From positions 11,403 to 73,968 of the forward strand of contig NW_004798009.1 in the NCBI RefSeq assembly GCF_000002075.1: a stretch of 62,566 nucleotides of DNA, written 5' to 3'. Position numbers and translations under genes: made by a program. The notes under the pieces were generated by a model that was not told the DNA's origin, did not search any database, and saw nothing but the letters and a program-made list of their open reading frames with translations. Of the stretch, positions 49,910 to 61,400 are shown piece after piece. The DNA is from Aplysia californica. Taxonomy: Eukaryota. How positions within the stretch are numbered: the stretch's first letter is position 1; each line of letters opens with the position of its first letter.

Positions 49910-52900
49910 TCTATCTCTCTCCTTCCCTTCCCCCCCCCTCCTCCTCCCCCTGCCCCTCCCCCTCTCTCTCTCTCTCTCTCTATGGCCTATACACTGATAC
50001 AGGATGAGAAGGCAATGATGATAATGAAGATGATAAAAAAACAGAGCTGAACAAAGGCACCAGCATTGTAAGCCATACCTAACTTTGACGTAATCCGAGA
50101 GCAACCATCTGTAGATAGCTTTGGTAGCGTGCGTCATGAAACATCGGCCTTTGAAAGCTGTCTTCTGAAGCCAGTATGGAAGACCTCCACAGTGATCGAG
50201 ATGAAAGCTGATGGGAGAACAATGAAAGACATGTACACTTGAACCTGCTCTAACAGCCACCTGTATAAGACAATCACTTGTGCAAACGGCCACATCCCAT
50301 TACCCCATTGCATTTTTTTTTAACACTATAGTGACAGTGTATAAGACGGCCAACCGTCTAGGAGTGAGTCCCACTTTTCTCCATGAAAATATGTGGCTCT
50401 CTTAGACAAATTCAACTGTATGTAATTTGAAGATGTCTTACATCCCTATCGACACAATTCACATCATTTAGGAGGTGAGCTGCTTTGAACTTGCCTGTCA
50501 TGGCCAACTCGGTCTGAGCGGGATACAACATTCCAGCAGAAAGATGAAATACTCTTTTTTTTTTTATAACTTCCCAACAAAGAAATCGAACTTTTGATTT
50601 CTGATTGAAAGATGGTTTCCATTACACAACCTCAGAAAATGTCAGAATATGACCACTTCTGAGAAATATTCCATATTTTTTAACTCACCCTGTAAAGAAA
50701 AAGACAACCGGAGCTATGTGACCAATTTTTCTTGCAACATTGACAATTTATTGGTGGTCAGTAACTATGCTTAAATGAAGAGGAAAAATATGTAACATTA
50801 AAATAATAAATTAGAAGCTACTCATCTTGTCTATAAAGTACTCTCATCCCTACTGTATGTACAGTCGAACCTGTGTAAGACGGAATCACAAGGGAGCCAG
50901 AAAAAAATTCCATCTTTATCAATCAATATCTCCGGTGTTTTTCGGTTACAAGCTACAGGAAGTGGCGGGCCAACAGTTGTTTTGTTAAAAATTTGGTGAA
51001 GTTATGTGTGATACTTTTTTAGCTGTAACGGACTAAGTAAGTCACCCCTGCATAGCCGCATAGCGATAGATGATTTTATTATAAATAGGGTGCAAAAAAA
51101 AATTGTATAACCCCCAGACATTGCCATTTCAAAATAATGATAAAATAAAAACTATTCGGACAAATTAGATGCAGGTTGTTTTTTTTCTGTGAGAGCATTC
51201 TTTCTTTCTCTTGTTGCATTTTCAAAATTATGATAGCTGTCAGTCTTTTTGTGGTTGATGCTTTAATATACCCCAAAAGTGTCAGGCTCCAATAGTTTTA
51301 CTGGAAGTAAAGCTTGACAGCCAAAAAACAACCTTAAAACTGAAGCAGTCAGTTAGAGTTCACGTCACTCAGACAAACTTTGCTAAGTTATGACAACTTC
51401 TACTCACTGACTGACGAGCATGAGATCGATTTCCTCTGGGTCAATAATATCCAGGAAAGGGAGAGAAGCCATTCCAGTCAAACCAGGGTGAATGCCACAA
51501 TCCAGCTGCATAAAAGAATAGCATATATGTCAAAAAAGTTTACATCTTGCTTTCCCTGTTAATGGAAGTGCATTGACAACAGTAGTACATTATGATATCA
51601 ATTTCAAGAGCTGCAAATATTTGATCCTAAAAATACTCATACTAGTGAAATCTTATCAAGCATTCACTGACAAATTAATGTCAGTTTCATTCATTAAACT
51701 TTGGTAAGTTTGGTAATATTACAAATTAGCATTACATCAGAATCAGATTGTTAATTATACACACCCACGTAATGTATAAATTGTATTTATTTTTAAATAA
51801 ACACATATACAAATAATAACATCATTACAGTACATACAGATGTAAAACTGCATGTATATATGTGAGAGTAGGGTTCTGTCTTTACCCTGTTTAGGTAAGC
51901 AACATCAAAATCACTCCATAAATAAGAGGTGTCGGTAGCCTAGTGGTTACGCTACCGGACCATAATTGTGAGATTGCGGATTCGGGGGTTCAAGCCTCAG
52001 CATTGTCCGACGCTTTGTCCCTTGGAAAGACACTTTACATGAACTTCCCATTTGGCTCGGTCCTTTCAGAGATGGCCGATAAACTCGAAGATCCCGCCTC
52101 TTGAATAACCCAATATAAAATGTTGATAATGGTGTTAAACTTAAACTACCATTTCACCATTTTTTCACTCCTTAAAAAAGAAACAGCAAATCAGAAAACA
52201 AAAAGCATGTTCATCACTAAGTAGACAACACTAAAATTAAATCCTCATGACACAACCATACATATATAGAATCAGAAGATTTTTTCGTATTAAGCAGATT
52301 TCGTGTTAAAGGAAGTTGCAATGACAGAATAAAGAGAGGTCAAAAATAAACAGGGATTTGAAATCCTGTCAAGGTAACAGAAATTACATGTTAAACAATA
52401 CTGTGTTCAACAAATATCTAACTAAATCCTAACAGTTAAAATTTCGTGTATGTACACTAGGCGGAGCAAACATGACACACACACACATGCATACATAGTC
52501 AGAGTGGTCTCAATCTAAGAACTCCCGTCATATCAAAAGACAAAAAAAAGTCAGGCCTTTGGCTGACTGGGTTTGTACACAACCTATGATCTTAGATGAG
52601 AGCCATACTCGGTTGCACAAAAGATACATCAGCTGCTGCAATGCGATATGTGCTAGGCCAATCCGGCATGAACGAAAGACACACGCTTGCACAGGTCTGC
52701 TTGAAAGTCTGCGCAGTTCCACAGAATCCTCTTCATGACAAAGTAGGTCGTCAGACTAACCCACGGCTTAAATGGGGCACGAAGTGGATGACCCAGGCAG
52801 TGCAAACCATTGAAAAGTGTTGGGGCAATTAGATGAAGGGAGACATGGGTACAGCTTGCGGACAAGGTGAAAGACAGATTTACTCAAGTGATTGCTACAT

Positions 52901-55728
52901 TGGGGCATGAATGTCGTGAATGGCCTGAAGGAGCAACACATGCTGAAACCCAGACTCTAACTGAAGAGAACTGCAGAGAGGATGAAACCATTATCTTCAC
53001 TGATGGCTCTGTTCAGCGTGGGAACAAATCAGGCGGGCTTACACGGCTTCTACTTCTTGCCAAGGAGTAACAGTCCAGGAGGCATCTGGGGCAACGGGCC
53101 TCACTACATCAAACATGTGCATTGAGATCAATGCCATCACTGAGGCTCTGAAATGGCTTTGCACTGATGGATACCAGCAGGCTACCTTTGTTACAGACTC
53201 AATGAGTACTCGGGGTAAGATCTTGACCGGCAGCCTCTATATATATGCAGATTGGTTTAAGACAATCCAAGACAGCAAAATCAGACTTGCAGTGGATCTT
53301 CTGCCCAGGACATGCAGGAGTCAAGGGAAATGAAAGAGCAGATAAGCTAGCAGGCTCCGCAAACATAGAGGGAGTGCTTACCCTTGACCCTCCAACTGTA
53401 GTAGCTCTCTTGTCCGAGAAAACCTAGCCAGCAGCCGTGACGAGGACTCCTTCACGAAGGAGGTTGTGATTGCGAAAGGAGTGCAGTTTGGTGAAGGTAG
53501 GAAGAGCAGGCTGTGTGACCCCATCAGACGCTACAACAACCAGCTCATGGTGGAGACAATCAGCCTGCCCACACTGAAATGGACCCTCATGAAGAGGGGC
53601 AAGGAAGCATGGAGCATCCTGTCTTCCTAAGACCCCAGTTCTAGATTCAAGTACAGTAGTCTCCGCCTAAGATCCCGGTGCTCGGGAGCAAGGAAATGTG
53701 GGATCTTAGGCGAACTGGGATCATAACTGATGAACCCAGGGAAGAATCTATGGTGACCCATGTTAAGGCTCACAATCGGTAAAATGGTCTCCCTCCTCTC
53801 TACAATGAACTGACGTGCTCCCTTGGTGGGTTTATGGCATATGACGAGCAAAGAGTGGTTAAACTTGATGACCTATCACGCTGCATAGTGGCATGAGGCG
53901 TGCCATTTTCACTTATAATCCTATCATGAGTCTCAAGATCTACGCTTATCCAGTTGCCCCTCCTCTTTACCTGTCAAAAATTTATAGCTTTCCATCTCTG
54001 ACCGAGTCCCCCCCCCCACCCTCCAAATCGCCTTTGTCGTTACACACCATTACGTTGTGAACCCACCAATTAAAATTCAGTCTGTCTCGCAAATTTGGGA
54101 GTACAGACAACTGCTGCAATGGTCAAGTTCACAGTTCGATGTGATCCTGCCTGGAGCGAACATGTAGGCCCTACCCACCCAGCGAGTGATGCAAGTTTAG
54201 GTGGCGAGCTCAGATGTGAGTGCGATGCGTGGGGAAAACAAACGCATCGGTCAGTTCACACCCCGGTGTGATCCCGTCTGGGGGCAAACATTGTATCACT
54301 TCATCGAGTTTTACAACGTGTATGTGATCACATTCACGATAGTGGTTGATCTTTGACGCGACGGACAGTTTATTGATCTCAACTTATCACTCTAGGTTGA
54401 TCGGCTGTGCCCTCCCGGGTTTTTGTTTAGCAAATTATGATCTGAAATGCGGGATCTTAGCCGAATGTAGACCATCAGAGCGGGATCTTAGGGGTGACTT
54501 TTGTATAGTAAAAATTCTGTTTTCCTAAAACAACGGGATCTTAAGCGAACCGGGATCGTAAGTGGTGGGATCTTAGGCGGAGACTACTGTACTATGTTCT
54601 TAGATGGAGATGATATAACAATAATCTCACCAATATCTTTTTTCCTTTGAACTCCAGAAGATGACATGATCGACCAACTTCCTGTCCCGCTCCTCTGTAG
54701 AGACATTAAAATTATAATATTTGTAAGATTGCTTGTTTGTTGAGTATGCACACATAGACACTATAACCAATAATGGTCATTTCGCAAGTCTAAAAAAGTA
54801 GGACTGACAAACAGAAACATTTTTTGTTAAAGAAGTAGATCTAATACAGGGTGCCCATTACGGCGGGTCTTGTGCCATACATAAGCGTTTGTTTTTGAGT
54901 CAGTAAGTCGGGCCGAACCGCTGATCCTATCCCAATGGGCACCCAGTATAAGATCTACTAAAGGTGCCCTCAAAAGACCCGACTGAGTATTCTTTATGAG
55001 GAAATGTAAATTTAAACTTGAACTTATTTTTTGGAAGGACTTCCTCCCATTTTCTTTTTAAATTCAAAAACACAGACAAGAATTGAGAATACCCTCATGC
55101 CATGCCATGTGTAAAAGTTTAAAGATGACTATGACATTAATCTGATCTAGATCTAGATCTAGTGTCAGAAACAAGACTGAATCAATAGTCAATACTCCAT
55201 AGTTTAATTATTATTGTGAAGTGTAAAGGGGGCTGTCAAAAGAAGTTGGGGGTGGGGGGACAGCCCTGAGTCATTGTAGGCCTATTTGTGTTGGGGTAGG
55301 CCTTTATCTAAGAGAGTAAGGCACCTTGCCGTAAGGTAAAGCGTAAGGTAAAGCGCTAAGGCCTAGCCTTTATATTATCTTTTGTCGTAAATCCTGACTG
55401 AAAGGGCATCCAATACTTAACCCGTGCGTAACGCGGGAATCTATACCAAAGTTACAAACAGATAGATAGGCTCCATTTCTACTGTCAAGACCAAGACTGA
55501 CTGTAAGTGTAATTCATTTCGAGTTAAACGCACGCAAGCGCATCAGAAAAATCTCTAGAATATAGATCTAGATCTAAATCTATATAGAATCTATAGAGAC
55601 AATACACTTGATACTATTTCTATCAGTATATGTTCAGGAAACGAAAGAACATACAAAGGTCTTATTTGAAGGATATCGCTTTCTTCAGCCGGTAACTGTG
55701 TTGTTTCTGTCTTTCGTTTCGCAGCCAT
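34326..55728 (-). CDS. CPSF3: Cleavage and polyadenylation specificity factor subunit 3 (CPSF73; metallo-beta-lactamase/beta-CASP endonuclease), 687 aa. Coding exons: 55655-55728, 54631-54694, 51408-51505, 50079-50207, 49551-49635, 48602-48694, 47800-47889, 47189-47339, 46128-46303, 44962-45120, 43500-43646, 42497-42649, 40884-40992, 38979-39260, 37322-37485, 34326-34415
   Basis: Spliced protein has [39 protein letters not shown] (HxHxDH), [71 protein letters not shown] and the CPSF73 C-terminal [15 protein letters not shown]. 16 GT-AG exons sum to 2064 nt with no internal stop. Confidence 0.97.
34848..36372. mobile_element. Composite non-autonomous TIR element with 6-bp TSD
   Basis: TIR CTGTCCTCA(G/C)AGAAA(T/G)TTGC; TSD atttgt (34842-34847, 36373-36378); subterminal GCAACTTTT repeats at both ends; contains nested MITEs. 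Confidence 0.75.
35507..36043. mobile_element. Harbinger-like MITE nested in the composite element
   Basis: TIR GGGGTCGTTTAAATATAAT / GGGGCTGTTCAAATATAAT(rc); 3-bp aaa flanks. Confidence 0.6.
37811..38489. mobile_element. Internally deleted PIF/Harbinger element with a MADF-domain exon
   Basis: TIR core CGGTGACACAGACAG at both ends; TAA/TTA flanks; 38073-38211 encodes [44 protein letters not shown] (MADF/Myb-SANT-like) ending in G|gtaagt. Confidence 0.8.
39285..39716. repeat. Pentamer satellite (ACAAG/GCAAG)n spanning an assembly gap
   Basis: Directly visible; N-run 39551-39706. Confidence 0.95.
40010..40436. repeat. 20-bp minisatellite (TGTTGTGTCATGTACAGTAG)n
   Basis: About 20 units, homogeneous in the centre and degenerate at the edges. 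Confidence 0.95.
45397..46151 (-). repeat. 30-34-bp minisatellite derived from the CPSF3 exon 9/intron junction, split by a hAT insertion
   Basis: The exon end AAGCACATCATTAACTTAAAG|gtacg is reiterated as AAGCATATCATGAACTTAGAGAGAG-gtatg-like units (x3) and AAGCATATCATTAACTTAAAG-gtatg (x1). Confidence 0.9.
45506..46081. mobile_element. Non-autonomous hAT element
   Basis: TIR TAGGGCTGG(G/A)TC; perfect 8-bp TSD ctcgtaac (45498-45505, 46082-46089). Confidence 0.9.
51928..52140 (+). mobile_element. tRNA-derived SINE
   Basis: GGTAGCCTAGTGGTTA (A box), GGTTCAAGCC (B box), TGTCCCTTGGAAAGACACTTTAC core. Confidence 0.65.
52590..53625 (+). mobile_element. Degenerate RNase H-containing LINE 3' fragment
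   Basis: Frameshifted pieces [58 protein letters not shown]. Confidence 0.85.
53654..54589. mobile_element. pogo/Tigger-type MITE
   Basis: Perfect 23-bp TIR CAGTAGTCTCCGCCTAAGATCCC with TA TSD; subterminal GGGATCTTA repeats. Confidence 0.9.
54847..54946. mobile_element. Tiny Tc1/mariner-type MITE
   Basis: TA|CAGGGTGCCCATT...AATGGGCACCCAG|TA; related to 9282-9397. Confidence 0.7.
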
Positions 55729-55957
55729 TTTGAACTTGTGGCTTGATTACGATCACTGCACAATCATTGTTCCGTTCCCTCTTCCGGATATAGCGTATGT
55801 TTTTAATGTAATCGATAAAGCTCAACTTTAGCCTATGTCGACCCATATCACTGCGTATCTCTCGCCTCTCTTTCCTCAACACGACTGTTACTCAACCCAA
55901 ATGTGGAAGTAAAATAAGAAAATTGTGTCCGTGTTCAGTTTTGTTAGCAAAACTAGT
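55729..55957. promoter_or_regulatory. CPSF3 promoter/5'UTR region, probably bidirectional
   Basis: Directly upstream of the CPSF3 ATG; repeat-free and CpG-containing; ETS-like CTTCCGG/GGAAGT, ATCGATA core, and YY1-like AAAATGGC overlapping the CPSF3 start codon. Confidence 0.55.
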
Positions 55958-55992
55958 ATGGAGGCAGATTTTGACCATGAGGACAAGTACAG
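55958..55992 (+). CDS. Probable first exon (MEADFDHEDKY-R/S) of an unidentified gene or uORF divergent from CPSF3
   Basis: AGTATGG start context and donor CAG|gtaatt, 229 bp from the CPSF3 ATG on the opposite strand. No homology recognised. Confidence 0.4.
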
Positions 55993-56473
55993 GTAATTAT
56001 ATTTTTATATCAGAACTGTGTGCCATATTATGACGAATGATACGCGGAAGGTGTTGGGGATTTTTTAGAAAGTGGTAGACCCAAAGAGAATGTAATGACT
56101 GTGACACAACACCCACTGTCCACTGTCACCTTCCACACACTTACAGTTATAGAAGCTTTTCGTTTCTTACAATAATCTCTTGTAGCCGTTGTCTGTGAAC
56201 TAGATCTATAGGCTCGTGAACTATAACATCAGTTTTGTCTGACATGACAAACAAGTAACAAGGCCAAGACCTGTCTCTCCTACTTCTACTCTACTTCTTT
56301 AATCTTGGACTGATGTGAAATTTTTTAGTTTTTGTTTTAGAAGAGATTTTTAGGCTAGATCTAGATTCAGAAGTCTGACTGAGAAGTAGACTAGATCTAG
56401 ATCTAGATATCTAGAGTCTAGATTCTAATTGAGTCTTGAGTTTCATCTGATCATGTCTGATGTATTGTCACTA

Positions 56474-57206
56474 GGCCACCTCTATTCTCACCCCGGGTGA
56501 GAATAGCGCAGGCGAGTCTTTTGGCTATTCTCACCCGGTGTCCGTTCACAGTTATAGCCTAGATCTAGGCTAACCAATTTGGCGTTCCCCCTAAACCACA
56601 GAATTCTACACTGTGATAACAGAAAAATTGTAGAATTCTGTGCCAGTAACAAACGTTCTATTACTACTGTTAGCCTACTAAAAGCGTACAATTTTGTCTG
56701 TGGGCAGTGGAGAGAGAGAGAGAGAGATAGAGGAGTAGCGCGAGAACTTCCGGGCAAAACAAAACGGCTTGATTCGAAAAGTTAAATAGCCGTAGCATCT
56801 TTGTAGACGACCAAATTAATTATCATTTTTTTTACTTTGTTTTGGTCAATTTGATCGTCCACACCAATAGACAGTATTCAGAAAGAGACAAGAGAGAGAG
56901 AAGAGGGGAGGAGTAGATCTTGCGAGAACTTCCAGGCAAAACAAAATGGCGGCCCCCGTAGTTCGGCTCGATTCGAAAAGTGAAATAGCCATAGCATCTT
57001 TGTAGACGATCAAATTAGCTTACTTTTGTGCTATAATATAACGTAATCTTTTCTTTGCCTTTATCCATTTGATCACCCACATCGATAGAAAGTATTCCGA
57101 AATTAGGAAAAACAGGTCTTGTTTCACACCTACGGTGGCAAGTCTCACCCGGGGTGAGAGGTCGATCGTATTTCTATTCTCACCCCGGGTGATAATAGCC
57201 ACTTCC
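56474..57206. mobile_element. Mutator-like MITE (family B, copy 2)
   Basis: Perfect 9-bp TSD ttgtcacta (56465-56473, 57207-57215); inverted paralog of 9781-10275; internal tandemly repeated module. Confidence 0.85.
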
Positions 57207-57744
57207 TTGTCACTATTGCAATTGCAGATATCATACTTTAAAATCTAGATCGAAAGTCAAGATTTTGTGACAGATCATCCAGATCTTGTCCCTCTTTGAG
57301 AACTATTGTCATCAGCGTGTCTAAGACTGAGAGATCTCTATCTATCTATTGGAACTTTACCGAGAGATTGGAACTTGGAACTTTTTGAGTAGTGTGAGTT
57401 TAAGATGTAATGGCTAGACCTCTGCTGGTGGACATGACGGTGATCTTGTATTTCCATTGGTTAAAGTCCATGATCCATTTGTTTTTACATCCAGAGAAGA
57501 AATCCAGAAGTGTTGATGACCAAATACTATTTGAAATAGGCTACACAAAGAGTAGGGATGCAACCTAACTGCAAAACATCAAAATAGGATAAAAACATGC
57601 CCCCCTGAACCCCCACCTCCATTATTTTTATTAGGTCAGGGGGGGTCAAGCCGCCCTACTCTTGACTTTAACGAACGAAACTACAAAATCGCTGACATGA
57701 CAACACTGAAACTACTTTCACTGCATAATTAAGCAAGCTTGATA

Positions 57745-58376
57745 CAGTGGAGTCCACTTATAACGAGTCCTGAAATAACGAGAAGTTGAGAAACTTGTTG
57801 GTAATCTAGCGAAACAAAGAATGGGAGAGCCCATGTGTGTCAACAGTGAAGGCCGGAGCGACTGAGTAGGGAGGATGTGGCATTCGCAGACAAGGAGAAC
57901 GCATCGCGTGATAGGCCAGCGTAGGCCTAGTCTAGATTATATATCTAAGCCTACCATGCCTCTCAGTTCACCGATGTGGGGATGGAGAGGTCACAGCAAT
58001 ATGATGGATGGAGCGAATGTGTGACGTGCGCAAGCAGACGGAATGCACCACAGGGTGTGGTGGGGTGGGAGAAAACCCAGCGGGCGAGTTAGCCCAGAGC
58101 CCTTTCTTTCTGATGGCCAACGAGCTGTCAGTCAACATCACTAGCACTAGAGAAAGGAACCTGATTCAATTTTTAAACTGGTAAGACCTAGAGGTCATGT
58201 TGAAACAATATAATTATCAAAAAGAAATAAACAGTTCACACCAAACTCGTAGATTACGCCTACTTGTACCGTTTTCCTTGAATTTATTACGGGATCCCTT
58301 ATAGTGAAAATCCTGCTATAACGGACATTTTGCACCGGTCCCCTTGCCTCCCTCTCGTTATAACAGGACTCCATTG
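57745..58376. mobile_element. pogo/Tigger-type MITE
   Basis: TA|CAGTGGAGTCCACTTATAACGAG...CTCGTTATAACAGGACTCCATTG|TA; partial inverted relative at ~32563-32700. Confidence 0.8.
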
Positions 58377-58791
58377 TACATGAATGTTCATTATACTGAG
58401 TGGGAAGGTCGGTTGTTTTTTAATCATGCAACCGTCTCATGTAGCCTACACGTTTTATACACTTTTTTTCTAGTTGTATTTTGCATGCTGAACACGAATA
58501 TAATATTTATATATGGCCTTCATTTTTGCCGCAAACCAATAGTTATTGAGTTATCGGTGTCTGAAAATAGTAATATTTGACTTGATTTTAACAACATGGG
58601 GGGTTTCAGGGGGGCATGCCCCCCCTGCTTTTCACTATGATTGATGTTTTGGCAATTAGGGTTGGTATTTACTTGAAAACGATTAATTTGCAAGGATATT
58701 AGTGACCATACGTGTGTTCTACAGCAAAAATTTTAAGCAGTTTACGTCAAATCTATGCATCTGTGTGTGGGTGCATAAGTAAACATTTACC

Positions 58792-59199
58792 GGAAGGTCT
58801 TCCGTAACGGGCTACCATTACCACCCCAACAAACACAATAATAAAAAATGTAACCTAACCCTCTAACCATGACCATGGGTTTTTGGCAGATGCTCTGGTG
58901 TGGTTTGCTTCTTCTTTTTATTAAAAACTATTGTCCTTGTCTCTCCTCCTTTTTTGTGTTTGTTACTCTTTTGTAACACCTCTAATCTTCGGCACTTTGA
59001 ATATGATCTTATTATGTTGCAACTGCTGTAAAACTTTTGCTAGAACTAAAAAAAACAGCCCTGACCCAACCCCTAACCCTGCGCCTACTCTAAAAGTCCT
59101 ACCCCTACCACTGACCCTACCTATACCCCAAATCCTTCCTAACCCTAACCCTGTTCATTACTTTGTTTCAAAGTGGTCACTCATTACGGAATTCCTTCC
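58792..59199. mobile_element. MITE with internal telomere-like repeats, interrupted by another short repeat
   Basis: Imperfect TIR GGAAGG..TTCCGTAA..G..ACCA; CCTAAC-rich interior; similar to 8988-9172. Confidence 0.6.
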
Positions 59200-60710
59200 T
59201 ACTGAGTGCACTTTTGCGGAAAGTTGAGAAAGTTTTGCCATATCTTCACTTCCGAAATGGATACATTTGATTTGAGAGAACCAGGCTAGCCTATTGTTTT
59301 CTAGAGGTCATGACTTGATGTAATTAATGAAAGCAATCAGAAGACTAACTAACTTTATCTACTGTGCATTGGAGGATCAGTCTTTTTGTTTGTTTAGAGA
59401 ATGTGATGGGCTGGCATGAACTTTCAAATTAAATTTGATAAAGCAAAGCAGAGCCCAATTTGATATAGGCAAGTGTGCTTTTGCCTGTACCGATCCTCAA
59501 ATGTGCGCGAATGTATCAAACCATAATATTCATGGATCTGACAAAGCTTTCTTCAAATAACACAGGACATTATAGTCCATTTACTTTAACCATTCTCTCA
59601 GTTTCTTTCATTTTCCTGAGAAAAAAAACTGACTGTTGCATTGGCCTGTTCTTTTGCATGCATGTGGTCTTTTATATTTTGACGCTCCTTAAGATTTTTA
59701 TGTTGTTTAGTCTGCATATAAAACAGTTTATTCAGAGCGGCGAATTCCTCTGATGTCTTTGTAATATCTTAAGATTTCTGTTCTTAAAATTTAGTTTAAT
59801 AGTAATGACGGCATTTCCATTCAAAGATGCTGTTTTTCTGATATTGTCCCCCATTATTTTCAGTTATTTTAACCAGAAAACAGCTGATTCTAAGCACTGG
59901 TTTTATGTTTAACCATATAATAGAACGTTGTCTATCAACTGTCTTTATGTTTGCTAATGTCGCTTAGTAAATTTTCAGATTTTTTCCATGTAATTCCAAT
60001 GGCTTCCCTAGCCATAAATTTTTAAAAACAAATTTTTGGGAATATGACAGAATCGGAAAAATGTCGAGCACAGAGAAAAATATGAACACAAGTGTGACAT
60101 TGTCATTTTGTTGTTGAACGCTGTGACCTGGGTAAGTTTACAAACTAAATTCTAAATTGTGTGCGTTCAAGCAAGGTTGTTTCTTATGTCTAGAATAAAG
60201 AGACGGAATCAATTATGCTTCAATTTTCGCAGGGCAAAAATTATTCTTGATGGTCAGTAGCATTTCAAACCCATGTGCAAAGCTTCAGTGCATTAAGTCA
60301 AGAGACAGTTGAGATAGCAGTGCAAACGTTGGCACGAAAAAGTGGAAAGACTATAGTTTATTCATTGTAGGCCTTGAATCACTTACTTGATATTTCACAC
60401 TCGTAGTCTGTTCTTATTTCCTCCACCAAAGGCAAAAGGGAGTTCTGGTTCCAATGGTGCACAAATTTTCTCCAAAGTTGTAAGGCCAAGGCCTATGTAG
60501 TGACAACTGAGGCCCGTCCCAGAGTGACTTTGTTGGTCTGAGGCTTCCTTCCACAAGCAGATGCACATGGAGTGAAAGGGACTTTGAGTTCAGAATGGGT
60601 TAAAACGTTAAGTCTGTCTAGGTCTCTATGTCAGCTAGCTACACATTCGTATATTATGTTCATAAAGACTAATTTATCAAGTTGATCATAGTTTGTAGTT
60701 TTGAAGTTTT

Positions 60711-61400
60711 TCATCCTCTGTTGCCTTTAAATGTCAAGGGGAGATGCAGTTTTCTGTGGTAGGCCAGCTCCACAGCTTTTTCAGTTGTGATATTATGTTT
60801 TCTCTGGTTTTCTTTGGACACCCTCGATCCACCTTTTGTATGGCCTTCTTCTTCCTTTATAGCCTGAGTGCTTGGTGTTGTAGGCTCTCGAGGCTGGCTG
60901 GGCCGGTGACTTACATAACAAGTGGCCAAACCATTTTATTCTGTCTTTCTATGTAATGAAGGCAGGACTCAATGCTGATAGCTGCTCTTACTTCTTCATT
61001 TCTCTGCCTGTCTCGTCTTGTGATGCAACGGGTTTTGCGGAGACATTTAATTTCGCATGCAGTGATTTTGCTTTCATGGACATTACTTATGTCCAGGTCT
61101 GGCACTGGTAGCATAATGTTAGTTTGAATATTGAGGTGATAAGCTGTCTCTTTATGTCCAAGGAGATGTTTGAATGAGATAGGATGGGTGCGAGCTGGTA
61201 GGTGACAGCACTGGCTTTTTTAGTTCGAATTTCTATTTCTCTCTGTCTAAGTTTTCAGAAAAAGGGCTGCCAAGATATTTAAACTCCTTCACCTGTTTCA
61301 GTTGTTTAGTATTGACATGGATGTTCAGGGGACTAATGGTTTCGGCTCCCTTTCATAACTTCTGCTTTTGATGTGCTTATTTTCGTGTTAAGCGTTTTTG
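60711..61400 (-). mobile_element. Degenerate LINE (RTE-like) RT C-terminal fragment
   Basis: LKQVKEFKYLGS near 61270-61310 and ACEIKCLRKTRCITRRDRQRNEEVR, typical of post-RT regions of RTE-type LINEs; broken frames. Confidence 0.7.

Noticed and set aside
51928-52010. tRNA gene
   Set aside because: A/B boxes are present but there is no convincing cloverleaf, and it continues into a SINE body; the same applies to ~960-1030 and ~32130-32197.
34326-55728. Alternative identity as INTS11/CPSF3L
   Set aside because: Motifs [26 protein letters not shown] and the C-terminal [11 protein letters not shown] match CPSF73 rather than INTS11.
16403-55728. U12-type or non-canonical introns in RFWD3/CPSF3
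   Set aside because: All traced introns are GT-AG and none has the GTATCCTT/ATATCCTT donor.
59979-60131. Selenoprotein reading (two in-frame TGA after Cys-Cys)
   Set aside because: No recognisable selenoprotein fold and no SECIS identifiable; ordinary stops are more parsimonious.
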